Part shown: piece after piece, positions 50,259 through 64,000 of the stretch | How the letters are laid out: the number at the start of each line of letters is the position of its first letter | How positions within the stretch are numbered: the stretch's first letter is position 1 | Assembly (NCBI GenBank): GCA_015680685.1 | Contig: MNCI01002033.1 | Span: 46,772-110,771, forward strand | Direction: 5' to 3' | Source of the DNA: Gnetum montanum | Taxonomy: Eukaryota > Plantae > Gnetophyta | Length of the DNA: 64,000 nt | Notes under the pieces: model-generated | Databases searched by the model: none | Told to the model about the DNA's origin: nothing | Seen by the model: the letters and a program-made list of their open reading frames with translations, nothing else | Program-made: the position numbers and the translations under genes

Positions 50259-51204
50259 TGATCACTGGAAAAAAGCCAAGGATCCTTGCTTCAGTAGTTC
50301 CCCAAGCCCAAATCCCCAGGGCCTCCATGAGAGAAATGGGATTCAAGATACCATGGCTAGTTAAGTAGATCAACTAGGGGCTTATGAGATGTGAAATGTG
50401 GAAATATAAAAAAATATGAATAATGCATAGAAATAAATTTATTTTTGAACAAAAAACTTAAAAATTTAAAATTTATTGAGAAAGAATAAAAAATAAGTTA
50501 TATAAATGTGTACAAATAATGCCTGGATGATAAAAAAAGGGGCTTTACTTATGCAAGAGTTCAATGCCCATTGAAGATGATGTGATCTACTCTACAATTT
50601 GGGTTCCAAGCCATTACTAATATTATCAAACCTTCCTCCACTATTGCAACCTTAGATCTACAAGTTGGGTCACTATTGGGGGGTAATAATAGTTAAAAAT
50701 TTGGATACTAGATTGGTCCACACTGGGGTTTGAAAATCCTACAGGTGTAATGTTGACATCAAAAATCCACAAATCTCAAGGCTACAATACTTCCTTGCTG
50801 GGGTTCAAGAGAATGTAAGTATGGGAACTTGCAAGAGTGGTTGAATGCCTTAGAATGCCCCAAGTGTGGAATTGTGAAAAATGTTATGTGTATGCCAAAA
50901 ATTGCTTCATAATGTTGAACTTTCTTGGAATTGCCGAACAAAAAATGCTAAACTTGTTGAAAATTCTATAACCTCTAAATGATATTTGAGGTTGGATTTT
51001 ATATGATCTTTGGGCCATGAATGGGGTTGAAAATTGGCTATGATTTGGCTATAATAATGGCTACAAATTGATTGTGAAATGGCTAAAAATTGGTTGAAAA
51101 TTTGCTGCAATTATAGGTGAGATGGGTGCCCAAATTTGGGAGGTTACCATATATAGTAAGTGCTTCCCTCCATGGCCATTCCATTTACTATAAATAGTAA
51201 TTGG

Positions 51205-51555
51205 GGCATACTTTCCATGCTGGAGATGAATCTTCCATGCTGAGCTCTCCACCATGCTTGTTAAAGTGGCTGGTCAATGTTGAAGTGCATGAAGTGATGA
51301 ATTTTTACTTTTGTGACTTTCATGTTGGGGGATTAAATTTTCTATGCTAGGGGTGAAGACTCCATGCTGGGGGAAAACTTCCACATTGATGGGGAAAAGC
51401 TTCAAGGTTGGGGAAAAGGTTCCATGCTAAGGAGGGAAACTTTCCATGATGGAGAGAAACTTCCATGCTAAGGGGGAAAATTTTCTAGGCTATGCATGTG
51501 GTCTTCATGTTGAAGGAAAAAAGTTTGCAAAACTGACATCCTTCAATGTTGGAGG
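51205..51555. repeat. ~19-20-bp degenerate tandem array (CTTCCATGCTGGGGGAAAA-like)
   Basis: More than 10 visible TTCCATGCT/TTTCATGTT units. Confidence 0.8.
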
Positions 51556-52010
51556 TAGATCAAATGTACCCCATGCATGTGCTTCTAGTGTAGAAAAATG
51601 TATACTCCCCATAAAACTCATCAAATTACCTTATTTTGCATTCCAAAAGGTATTTTTAAACCCCCAAGCCCAAATATAGACACTAGGTGACATTTTTCAC
51701 TTGGAGAATAGGATTTGACCACTTATGATCAATTTTCAGCCCCAAAAGTATAAAGTATGTGAAACTATCCACTGTGGGTTATAATTTTCACATTTACAAT
51801 GAAGTTTTACCTTGGGTTTCATTGGGTGAAAGCTTCATGTTGAAGGTTGGCTATAACATGCAAATTTTTATGATTTTTTAATGGCCCCTCTTTGTTGGTG
51901 CCTAGAGGATTGACCCAAGGGCACCAATAAAGAATACAAAATACCATTGCATATTATAATGTTACAATGCATATAGGTCACATGAGAATCAGGCTATGCA
52001 AGTCACCAAA

Positions 52011-52096
52011 GTTGCTAGTTTAAGGCTATGGTGGGCCATGGTACCAGTTTAAGGCCCTAGTAGGCCATGTTGCCAGTTTAAGGTCATAGTAGACCA
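52011..52096. repeat. 29-bp tandem repeat, 3 units
   Basis: GTTGCCAGTTTAAGGCCATAGTAGGCCAT-like units immediately downstream of the pol stop. Confidence 0.8.
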
Positions 52097-55000
52097 TCTG
52101 AAAGCAAGCTTGCTTGTTGATGACTTATCAACTACATGTAGTATGACATTAGATAGGAATGATTAATTGGATTAGCTAGCTCATTCTCATCCATGTTGAT
52201 TATTCTAAATGCTCTAATTTCATAGGCTTTAGTGATAAAGAAGGATCCTTCCTAGTTAGCTAAGAAGTTGTTTGCATGCTCACGAATGGCCTTGAGGACT
52301 AGGTTCCCTTCCTTAATGTTGTGCATGGTTAAGCCATGGTGATGTTGTCACTTTTACCTCTCTTGATAGTGCGCAATGTGAGCAAGTGCTTACATATGTT
52401 GCTCCTCCACTAAATATAGGTCCTTCATTTGCAACTCCTTATTCTACTCATCATTGATGAAGTTGGTTAAGGCTATTCAGAATGATGGCACCTACAATTA
52501 AAGAGGAAAAATAGCTTTAGAACCATAAAAAAGGCTATAGCGGATCATGCTTTGCCATGCGAAAGGTTGTTCTATATGCCCCTAGTGGATGGGCAAGTTG
52601 TTCATGCCACTTTCACTTGCTATTATTGAGCATCTTCTTGAGCAAGTTGATGATGGCCTTGTTGCTTGCTTTTGCTTGTCCATTGGCTTAAGGGTAGTAA
52701 GGTAATGATAAAGAATGCTTAATGCCTAGGTTATGAAAAAAATCCTTGGTTTTTTTGCTACTAAATTGAGGTCCATTATTTTTAACTATGGCCATGGGTA
52801 TGCCAAAATGAGCTACAATGTTATCTAGGATAAATTTGCAAACTTGTTCAAATATGGTCTTCCTTAGGGGAATAGACTCAACTCACTTGGTAAAGTATTT
52901 GGTTACGGTAATGATGAAGCTATGTCCTATGGAAGACTTAGGTGTTATGGGTCCAATGATATCCAACCACCATCATTGAATTGACCATGTTATCTAGGTT
53001 ATATGTAACTCAATTGGTGATACATGTGTTAGGTTGCTATATCATTGGAATATCTCACATCACTTAACCTTTTGTAGGTAGCCATTCTTCATAGGGAGCT
53101 AATAGTAGCCTAACTATCTAATCTTAGTAGCCATGGCTCTAGGTTCTACATGCCCATCACAAACTCCCTTGTGAACCCACTTTAGGAATGTTTTGGCTTT
53201 AGTTTTACCCAAGCACTTTAAGAGTATGCCATCATAGGATCATCAACATAATGTATTATCACCTATGATGACATACTACTTTGACTACTTGCATATGGAA
53301 TCCTTCTAAGTAGTAGTGAAGCCTTGTGAGGATTCACCATGCATAAGGTAAAATTTGATATCATCATACTAATGGTTGGGAGAAGTAGTATGAATGATGA
53401 CCACAAAGGTATCCTTAGTCATTCGTGTAATGTAATTAGCATAGTCCATAGTTAAGGTGGGAAACTTACCAAACACATCTGGCATCACACTGAGGGCTAA
53501 TTTGTGATTGCATTAGCTATGACATTTTCATTTTGATGTATGTTTAGGATATCAATGTCTATGAATTGTCATAATAATTACTTTCTTAGGTCACAGTAAG
53601 GTTGTAAGTGCTTAGCTTTACATGCATAGACTTTGGTTACTTGGTGAACCATGAGTTATGAATTCTGTTTGATGGCTAGGCATCTAATTCCTAGGTCATG
53701 AGCTACCATTATCCCTCTAACCAAGCCTTCATATTTTGCTATCTTTTTTGTACATGGAAACCCAAAATGATAGGCAAAGGGCTAGATCTCACCAGATGGG
53801 AATTTTACAATGCTAGTAGCACTATGCTCATCGGCGGTTGAAGCTCTATCAAAGTTCATGACTACCTCATAACCCTCGAGCACTTGGCTAACTATGTTAA
53901 TGTGTTTATTAGTGAACTTAAGATCTATGGCTACTTGGTCATCAACAGGTGAAATTGTGAGTTGTATAGCTATAGCTTGACCTTTTGTTGAGGATTGAGA
54001 GACATAATGGAGGTCAAACTTCGCAATTATGGATTTTCATAGGGCTATATGGCTACATTTGTAGATGTTGGTCGTTATGGCTCTATGTATGTTGTCCTTT
54101 CAAACTACATTGACATGGCTTCTAAATAGGTAGCGTGTACATTTCTTCAAATAGAAGACTAGTGCTAGAAAACACTTCTCCACTTTAGTGTATTAGGTCT
54201 TGTGGGAAACTAACACATGGCTAAGGTAGTATATAGGCATTTTTGCTTTATCATAATGTTTTTAATAGAGTAGAGAGGGAAAGAATGTATTAGAGATGGC
54301 AAGATAATGTAAAATGGTTTACCTTCTTATGGAGGATAGAGTGTAGATAGTTGTATCAACTCTTGCTTAAGGTTTTTAAAGGCCTCTTGGCATTGTGCCA
54401 TCCACTCATAGTGAACTCATTTCTTAAGCAAGTGTTTCATGTATTGTAACTTATTCATAAGCCTAGTGATAAATCTATGAATAAACGATTAGATACCTTG
54501 TAATCACCAAAGCTCTTTAAGGTTGGTAGGTGAAACACCACCAAAGCTGGGCTTATAGGTCTCAACTCCAAATTTTTCTAGGTGTCAAAACTTGAGAATT
54601 TTTTTCTAAGTGTTGAGACTATGCTCCCCACTACTCGGACTACTTTGTAGAGTGTAGTCAGTGTAGTTGCCATAGATAGCCTAGATTTGCAAGATTTTTC
54701 TAAGTGTAGATAGTAGTTGCAAAATTTTCTAAGTGTCTTGACTATGCTCTCCCTGCTAGGACTATGCTCTAGAGCGTAGTCAATGTAGTTATCATCGAAA
54801 AGGCTAGTTTTGTAAATTTTCATAAGTGTTAAGCTAGAGGTTGTTAGGCTAGCTTGGGATGAAAAAAAATAGTTTGGCAAATTTTCTAACTTCTGAGGCT
54901 ATGCATCCTAGTATGCTCCAAAGCATAGTTAGCACAGGCTACATAAAGACATTAGTTTTTGCTAGATTTTTCTAAGTATCAAGCGTACATTTTCCTTAAC

Positions 55001-55127
55001 AAGAGTACACTTTAGAGCATAGTCAACATAGTCTAAACTAGATCTCATCTTTTGGTAAAATTTATCTAATTGTTGGTCTACACTCCAGAGCATAGTTAGT
55101 GTAGTCATGCAAAACTACCTTTAGAAG

Positions 55128-58100
55128 TGATGAGTTATGATTTGCCTAGCCTTGATATCAGAGCCTTGACATTGATGTCCTAACGTCGAATATGTGACAT
55201 CATAGTTGTGATGTTGTGTACGTGATGTTAGGTATTCAATGTCGGGGTATATATGCTCGCCTATAAATATAGCATTTAGGCTTGGGATTTGAGTCAGTTT
55301 TGAAATAGTTTTGCATTAGATTTTCATAGTTTTGTCAATAGAGTATCCAAATTCTTGCAATTCTATTTTGTAATCTTAGAGAATACTTAGTGAGTGCTTA
55401 CAAAGTGGATCTAAGTCAGTTGTATGAAGTCCTATTCGATTGAAAATGTACCTAGACATATTCCATGAGCAACAATAAGGTCGAGACTGATTCTTATTCA
55501 TTGCAACACTTTGACTTAGATTAGATTTACTTTCCATGCAATATAATTTTCATGTACTTGGTATTTACATTTTCATGTACGTTAATTAATTAAGCACATA
55601 AGTACAATTGCTTCGAGCATGCATATGAATCTTGGTAATCCTAGCTATGCTTAACATTTGGTAATCCAATAGCATTATATGTGTTTAGGATGTGCACGGG
55701 AAGATGGATCAGATACTTATGTTAGGGTAGTTAATTATTGATTAGCAATTAGATTAGTTGAATTAATTATAAATTAAGTTTTAACCTATTGTTAATCATA
55801 GAATAATAAAATATAAAATAATAAAAATCATATGCCTCACTTTGGAGTAAACCATATGTGAAAAAGCTACCACTAGTCTAAGTGGGAAGACTTCCTACTA
55901 TGATCAAATCATAGCGATCTATATGCCACAAGTAGTCCCATCCATAGAATTCAACTAGATCATGCGTGAATGCTTGTCATTCATATGGTTGGGCGTAGGG
56001 GTACCTCACCGCTCATCATTGGCCCCATTGCCAAGGATGGTGCTAGTTATCTAGATTAGTTATGTTATATACAATCATTGTAAAAGCATTAACAATCTAT
56101 CTTTTAGAAAACATTAATATTTTAAATCATGCACATTACTAGACAAAACCATGTCTTCTTCACATAGGATCAATAATACATCATATGATGAAAGCATTGA
56201 TAGAAGAAATGATAGGATCTCAACTAAAGAAAATTGGAGTGAACAACCTTAAACATCATTTCCTATGCTTATTTAGATCCTTAATACACTCAAAGACTAT
56301 GTTCAATCAATGTAGAAAATCCTAGAGGAGATGAATTAAGTCCTAGATCAAGGAGGGCCTCAAGGCCTTTAACCTTCTCTAACCTTAGAAAAGATAAATC
56401 AAGGGAGCATGGGTTGAACTATAGAAGCCATGGCGATTCTCCTAGTTTCTCATCTTCCTCTTCCTCTTCAACATCTAGTTTTGATGAAGATGAATGTAGG
56501 TATAGAGATAGAGCTCCACTATAAGGTCAAGACAAAGATAGAAATAAAATCCAAGGGCAAAATCAAAGATATCACAATGAGCATAAAGAAGATTTTCATA
56601 ATCAAATAAATATAAATAGAAATTTTCATCACAACATGTCTGATGATGAAGAATCCTTGTTGGCCACTAAGAGCCTGATGGAGATCATGGAGGCAATTAA
56701 AATACCTCATAGGCATCGCAGGGACAATCAATTACCTAGGCTTGATATTAATAATATTCCTAAGTTCATTGGAGGCTATGATTTTAATCCAAAACATCAT
56801 CTACAAGACTTCCATGATGCCTATGCCTTATACAACATTAAAAGTGGGTGGAAAAAGCTTAAACTCTTTCCTAGGAGACTAATTGATAAAGTTGAAAGTT
56901 GGTATAGATCATTGGAACCAAGTTCCATTTACCAGTGGTCCACAATGCTAAAAATTTTCAATGAAAAACACCAAACCTATGAGAGAGTGTCCAACCTAAG
57001 AAAACAAATCCAAGAGTGGAACCAAGAAAATCATGAACCCTTAGAAGTGGCCTTGGAAAGGTACTATTCACTACTGCATAGATGTTGAGGCCATGGTTTC
57101 TCTAAGGAAAGGTAACTTTTTCACATCATAGATAGGCTTCATAATGAAACAAGAGAGACCCTTGGGATGTATGCTCTAGGTCAATTATATGAGCTACGAA
57201 CCCATAAGATCAAAGAGTTAATCAAGTGTATGGTGAAATAAGAAGGAGAGCTATATAGATGAGAGAATGTAAAGGAAAATAACTAGGACCTAACTCTACA
57301 AAAGAAAAACATCCATATTTATGATAAGGAAAAAGAGGTAGCTCTCAATTAGGAATTTTACAATGAATCTTGCCAATACAAAATTCTATCATTAAGATGA
57401 AAGAAAAATTGGAGAAGATGTCCGAATTAATGAATGAGAAAGGTAAAACTTGCAAAGAAATTATAGAGGAGAGAGTAGTAAAAAATGAATTAAGTGACCA
57501 TAATAAAAGGAGGAATAAAAACCAAGAAATAGATAGGAAATCTTTTTGACAAGAAAGGGAAATGGTCATAGAAGAAGAGGCTATAGACTCAACCATTGAA
57601 GAGGATGGTGGATGTGACATTTGCCTATATGACCATCCAAAGGGCCATTATCCAATCTTGTTGCATCTACATGAGTATTGGGTAGGGGCATTAAATTCGA
57701 AGTTTGTACAGAAGTACATGCCTAGGAGGTTTTCTCATCCATGCAGTAATTTTAGACATCCCCAAGACTAATCGTACTATCCTAGGGGGACTTATTACCA
57801 GCCTTAACACTGGCATCAACCGTAGTGGCAACAGCCACAGTCATGAGGAAGGCCACCACCAAACTAGCCCTATCCTTCTTACCAACTAAACCCACATGGA
57901 TATTATGTTCAACACCCTATTTCACCAACTAGTTTTACTTCCTCTACTTCAAATCAGTGCTACCACTGTCCCAAATATCATTATTCTACAACATCTTATA
58001 CAAGATCACCACCTCACACCTCTCACCCTGTATCATATCCTCAATATTCTCATACTCACCTCCATAATACATCACCTCCAATAACACAAGAAGGTTTAGC

Positions 58101-61100
58101 ATCACAACATCAACGAGAGAATTCCACTTGTGCTATGAACATACACATAAATGATAATGCTAGTAGATCTCAACCAAAGTCCTAGAAATGTTCCTTCTAG
58201 AGAAAAGGGCATAAGCCAAAGCAAAACATTCATGGACCTCCTACATCACTTGAAATAGCACAAGGCCAATCTAGTGCAACTACCTTCCTCACCAAAATGA
58301 TGTCTCCTAATCATACATAAAAGCTAATAACCATCACCACTCCAACACAAGACATAAATGATAAATTTATCATTGTGGAGAGATAGAAGAATCCATGCAT
58401 CACCAATAATGATAAAGGGTGCAGTTGTGGGTTGGAAGTTTAAAATATTAACACAACCCCTATACTGATCCACCATAAAGTTCCAGAGAAAGTATGTGAG
58501 TAAAAGCCAATCTACACAATAGTCACTAAATCAAAAGACACCCAATGGCTTGAAAATGAGAATATAAAACTGTCTCAAAGATGTAATGAAGTAATTGATT
58601 TACTTATCAATTTTGGAATTTTCTAATTCTTCATATGTTTTTCATTTCTTAATATTTTTCTTTTCTTTATATTTTTATCTTTTCTTGGGTCATTCTCTTT
58701 ATGTTTTATGAATTTATTTTATGTTTTGTTAATAAAATTGCCAAGTCATGTAGAAGTCAACGTTATGTGTTGGATTTTTTGTGTTATGCTATCAAGATGA
58801 TTGGGTAAGTAATTATGTAAAGTAGTGAGACTACCTCATTCATGCCTCCAATTCGTTGAATAAAAGGTATTTTTCATGGAAATAATTTGGTTCTTCTTTT
58901 ATGAACAAAAAATTAATCAATGATCATTATATCTTGAAGAAAGAGGGAATGACCACGTGGGAATGGCAAAGAATGTGACCTCAAGGAAACTTGTTGGGGT
59001 CTCTTCTTAACTTCCTTCATGTGGTTTATGACTCCTCTTGGAATGTATTATCACTTTCCCATTGACCAATAAAAAGGAAGCTCTATCTTTGCATGGTGTG
59101 GTTTACATCCAACAAAAAAACACAAGAAGAAAAACAACAAAAAAAAAGAAAAATAAAAGAAAAGAAGAAGAAGAAGAAAAAGAAAAAAAAATAATAATAA
59201 TAGAAATTCAAAGCACACCACTTAGACACAATAATGAACTACAAGCATTGGTTATGGTGTTGGAAAGACATGTTACCCATGCGTGAAGGTGTCCCTCTAA
59301 CTAAGGCCCTTCCTTCTCTTTTCTTCTGTTTTTGAAGTGATGATTATTCTTTGTGGTGGTTATGAACTCATGGTGGTTGGCAAGATGAAACACATCAATG
59401 CGAGGTCACTGTTCATGGTATGGAATTGGTCTAAACTTGCACAAATAGGTATGTTGATCATTTTAATCACACTTGTCATAAGAACCTATTGTGGACATGG
59501 TCAAGTACCTTACATCCTGATCTTTGCAATCCCTTCTGATTCCATTATTCACCTCACTACTACATGTGATTATTAGCCTTTTGGTTTTGTGTAGTATAGT
59601 GCAACATCCTAACCACAAAAACTATGTTTTTTAGAACAAATGCATGATCTACATTTGACTTCTCAGGTGCCCACAGACATCTATAGAAGTGGTTATGCAA
59701 AGGCATTATGGTAGGAGCCTACTTTGTAGAGGACCCCCTTGCATAACGTTTGTTGAGCATGGATTTCAACTAACCTTCATGTCTTCTAGAACATGTATTA
59801 TAGTTTCTCTGAATTTATGCATGATTTTGGGACTACTTCTCATCTATCTCATTAAATTTTCCTACTTTTCTATTTCCATATCCATTAATATTTCTTGACC
59901 ATCTTCTGAATTAGACCTTTGGTTTTAATTATTCAAAAACCTATGTGCTTCTAGAGTTATGCTTATTAGTTATGGAGGATAGGGATGCCTGCTTTAAAAT
60001 TCTTAAAATTTTTCTAACATCCTATTTTTGAACATCATGGTAACTAATAGTAAGTGATAAAAATATTGTGAATAACTTAATGATTTTAGTTACCTCATAG
60101 CCTTGGACAGAGTATGTTGTAATCACCTTGTGCTTAAATAAAAACCACGAGATTTGATAAGGGTTAACTATTAAGGAAAATTTACCACAACTAATGTTGA
60201 TCCTTTGGTGATTGAAGGTGATGCTAAAAGAAGCATCTACGGAAGAAGGTCTTTTTCCAAGCATGAAAAAAATGCTAAGAGAGGGAAAATGGAGGATATG
60301 ACCATGGACACTTCATAGCACATACAAGATAGCAACTCAAGCTTTACATGTTTTCTAAATCCTTGGGGTAATGAGAAGAAATTTTAGTCCATCCTTTAAG
60401 AGTGTTTTGCATAACCAGAGAAGCATCAACATAACAATCAAGGTTAAAAGTATACCACTACTAGCAACAATAAGAAGAATCATCTTTAGCAGATTTTTAA
60501 CGACCTTTACAAATTTTCTAATCTTCAATGTCTGTCCAGTCTTTTTGTCACTCTATCATTTTGTATGCATCCACTTGAATAAGATTCTATAATATGGCAC
60601 TCAAAGTTAGTTAATAGTTTACATATCAGTCAATAATCCCATTCCTTCCAAATATTTTATAAGGAACTTGTTCCTCATTTTGTTTAACTTGAGGATGAGT
60701 TTTCATTTAGTTGTGGGTGTATGATAAGTCATGATTTGCTTGGCCTTGACATGAGAGCCTTGACATTGAAGCCTTGACATCGGAGCCTAGACATCAAAGC
60801 CTTGACATCACTACCTTAACATCAGATATGTGACATCAAAGCTATGACATCTGGTATGTGATGTTGGGGTCTTGACATGACATTAGGTATCCGATATTAG
60901 GGTATATATGCTAGCTTATAAATATAGCATCTAGGCTCATGATTTGAGTTAGTTTTGAAATAGTTTTGCATTTGTTTTCCATAGTTTTGTAAATAGAGTA
61001 GCCAAATTCTTGCAGTTTTATTTCATAATCTTAGAGAACAATTAGTGAGTGCCCATAGAGTGGATCTAAGTCAGTTCTATGAAGTCTTATTCAATTGGCA

Positions 61101-61672
61101 ATTTACCTAGACATATTCCATGAGTGGCAATAAGATAAGATTGATTCTTATTCATTGAAACACTTTGTCTTAGATTAAATTTACTTTCCATGTAATTTAC
61201 TTTTCATGTACTTAGTTGATATTTATGTTTTCATGTTAATTAATTGAGCACATAAGTATGATAGCTTTGAACATGCATATGAATCTTGGTAATCCTAGCA
61301 AGGCTTAACATTTGGTAATTCAACAACATTATATGTGTTCAGGATGTGCATGGGAAGTGGGATTGGATACTTATGTTAGGGTAGTTGATTATTAATTAGC
61401 AATTAAATTACTTAAATTGTTTATAAATTGATTTTCAACCTATTATTAATCATAGAACAATAAGATATAAAATAATAAAAATCATATGCCTCATTTTGGA
61501 CTAAACCATACATGATAAAGCTACCACTAGTCCAAGTCAGAAGATAATGAATTACAATCAAGGCATAGTGATCTAGATGCCACAACTAGTTCCATCCAAG
61601 GATTTCAACTAGATTATGCATGAATGCTTATGATTCATATGGTTGGGCATAGGGGTACCTTGCCCCTCATCA
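55128..61672 (+). mobile_element. Gap-free non-autonomous Athila-like LTR element (6545 bp)
   Basis: LTRs at 55128-56018 and 60722-61672. Perfect TSD AGAAG/AGAAG. tRNA-Asp-like PBS at 56020-56037. gag only, no pol motifs. Confidence 0.94.
56636..57088 (+). pseudogene. Retrotransposon gag fragment
   Basis: IPKFIGG...NPKHHLQDF...KLKLFPRRLIDKVESWYRSLEPSSIYQW...QENHEPLEVALERY is a retrotrans_gag pattern. It continues with stops to ~58500. Confidence 0.85.
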
Positions 61673-64000
61673 AGAAGCCTCCAAAGCATAGCATTGGCTA
61701 GCATCTTAGCTCCAATAGTTTTTGAGTAAGCAAGATTATGTATTTGCATTTTTTTTTCACCCCCCATTTATTCCAAAATTGTACCTATGCTTGACACCAC
61801 TCAAGGGAGTGGACAATGTAGTCCTAGAGCGTAGTCTCCAAAACTATACTATTTCACATTGTTTTTAGGTACTTGGCAGTTTTTTGTCACTTTCACATGT
61901 AGTCTTGGCAACATAATCATAGTCTGGCAATCTCACAGGGTCCATTGTAGCATACTAGTAGAACACCATTTTCTTCAGTGGGAGTGTAGTTGGGGCTAGC
62001 ATAGTCCCAACTACCCCTCTACCACGTCATGCCCAATCTATAGTTCATGGTGACCGTAGGCCTATAAATACCCTATCATTTCATGTTTTAGGGATTAATA
62101 ATCCTCATGAGATGTAAGGTCAAGGTTGTATGACCTTGGACATCTTAGTGTACTATTCTAACCTTTGATATTTTTGGTTGCTACAGTTTTTTGGTGCTAG
62201 AAGGAGGGCTTGAACCTTTACCATTTCCTTATTAATCCTCCCTTGGTTGTTACCCTGTGTGCTCTTTGCACCCTTGTGTAGATTGGTCCCCATTGTTGGT
62301 TCCCCTAGAAGCCTACTTAACAACTACTAGAGCTTACAACAAACACTTAGCCAAATTTTAGGCACTTAGCATAGCATAGTTAGCTTACAGCATAGTGAGC
62401 ACAGGCAGCTTTGAGCGTAGTCCTAGAGTTAGCCATTTTCTAGCAACTTATACTTAGTCATTTTTCTCTATGTTTCAGACTTGGTTACTTTTCTACACTT
62501 TTACACTTAGTCATTTTTTCAATAGTTTTGTACTTAGCCATTTTTTTTTTTTTGCATTTTTGCACTTAGTCATTCCTCTTTAGTTAGGAAAGTTAGCTAC
62601 TTTTCTCCCCTTCACATTCAACAACTTTCGCATCTTCTCCTTTTACATCATCAATTTCAAGCAACCTTTGACCTTCCCTTCAAGCATGGTTGTTCTTTGA
62701 ACTATTTAGTAAGAGACCCAGATTGACCTTCCTAAAACCAAAGGTCCTATCCTGGAAAAACAGAGGCAGTCTTTTAGGTTGCACAACCTACCTGCTAAGT
62801 TCATGATGCTTAATGATGAGAATTATAACTTTGTTTATGCAAAGCTCTAGGAAAGTGTGTATGTAGACCACCAGAAAATGGACACCAAATGTAGTTTTGA
62901 ACTCATACATTGAAATGGGAATGAATGGTTCCCTTCCACTATGGACTTTATGCTGCTCACAAAGCCCTACCATTGGATGCTAGATAACCTCATCTGCAAC
63001 CTTGGACATGAGGTAGGGACCAACTATGAGGAGCCCCTACAGGAGGACCTGGATGAGTTTGAAGCTTGATTTAAGCATGACAACTCATTTCACACCTCAT
63101 TCCAATAGACAACCTTCACCTTTGTGCCTTCACTATCTCAATCCTCTATTAGCCAAGTGTCACTACTTAGGTCAATACCATGGTGGCGACTCACCAAACA
63201 TAGGAGATGCATTAGGATGTTGTACTTCTATTTATCTTTCCTTTTAGCTTGCCCTTCATCATACCTTCGTAGCCTATTTAGCCCATTTAGCTTGTTCAAT
63301 CTATCCAGCATTCCATACCATTGACTATTTTACCTATGCAACCTTACATGCATATCATGCACATCTTTTAGGTACATATTACTCAAGTGTCATTTGTTTC
63401 ACTACTTATCATGTTAACACCCTTCATGATGGCCTAATCCATGAACATGTGATGGGGGCCAAGCACTATGCCCATCGCATAGCCCACACAACAAGCATCA
63501 CGTGTGGTCATACAAGCTAGAGCTAGGTTGTGGGCCACTCAAATAGCACAGTGGGTAGTACAACTGATGTAGCCCACTACAATTGTGCCAGGCTTGAATC
63601 AAGTGTTCTAGCTGATCCAAAGCCTCATCAAAGAGGTCAAGTGGCTCAAGGCTACCTCCTCTAGAATCATCCATGTGATGGACTTTCTAATCAATCCTAT
63701 AGTTTCATCACTGGCACTGCCCACAAGGGTCCCACTACCCCAATTCACAAAATACAATGGTGAAGGGGATCTCAACGCCCATCTAGTGACCTTCTAGTAT
63801 AAATTTCTTCTATTGTAGGTAAAGCCACATGTAATCATCCATGTGTTTGCCATGTTCCTAATTGGAAAGACGCTAGACTAGTACTGTATGCTCCCCAAGG
63901 CCTCCATCTCTTCTTTGGAGGAGTTTCTCATCTAATTCATCATGTGCTTCAAGTACAACTTGAAGCTTGAGGTGACCTTGGATTAGTTCATGCAAGTTAA

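Larger units (their letters stand above)
50259..54530 (-). mobile_element. Tat/Ogre-like Ty3/gypsy 3' half (RT thumb, RNase H, integrase, repeat-rich 3' region and LTR)
   Basis: Minus-strand LDIIGPITPKSSIGHSFIITVTKYFTK, GPIFSG (GPY/F), and a pol end PINHSYLMSYYM* at ~52133. An additional RNase H-like region lies at 53450-53870. Confidence 0.8.
54531..64000 (+). mobile_element. Tat-like Ty3/gypsy 5' part: split LTR, tRNA-Asn PBS and degenerate gag
   Basis: LTR at 54531-55127 plus 61678-62185, with shared GAGCGTAGTC-type repeats. The PBS TGGTGCTAGAAGGAGGG (62192-62208) matches the plant tRNA-Asn 3' end. gag-like PQFTKYNGEGDLNAHL...ASISSLEEF at 63740-63960. Confidence 0.78.

Overview
AT-rich land-plant nuclear DNA from a gapped draft assembly (N runs at 2965-2986 and 22302-22872, plus several single Ns). 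I can support only one intact cellular gene: a 5-exon alliinase/TAR (tryptophan aminotransferase-related)-family PLP enzyme at 11391-13576 (+). It encodes about 532 aa, with a signal peptide, an EGF-like domain and an unusual in-frame 60-aa internal tandem duplication. Its 1.2-kb upstream region is repeated in inverted orientation at the window start, which predicts a head-to-head paralog just outside the window. The rest is decayed transposon sequence that resolves into two nests. Nest 1 is a gag-only copia containing a SIRE-like copia, which contains an Athila-like element and a chromoviral gypsy. Nest 2 is an Athila-like LTR, then a Tat/Ogre-like gypsy, a tRNA-Asn-primed gypsy and an Athila-like element. 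RTE and L1 LINE remnants are also present. The most intriguing transposon signals are two. First, a pol-less Athila-like family has subfamily-specific CpG-palindrome arrays in its LTRs, a splice-acceptor-led accessory ORF, and repeated insertions into other LTRs. Second, a chromovirus has a long leader holding a 5S rRNA fragment, a tRNA-like B-box, a palindrome array and an antisense intron-containing gene remnant. All calls were made by eye; no searches were run and the species cannot be determined.
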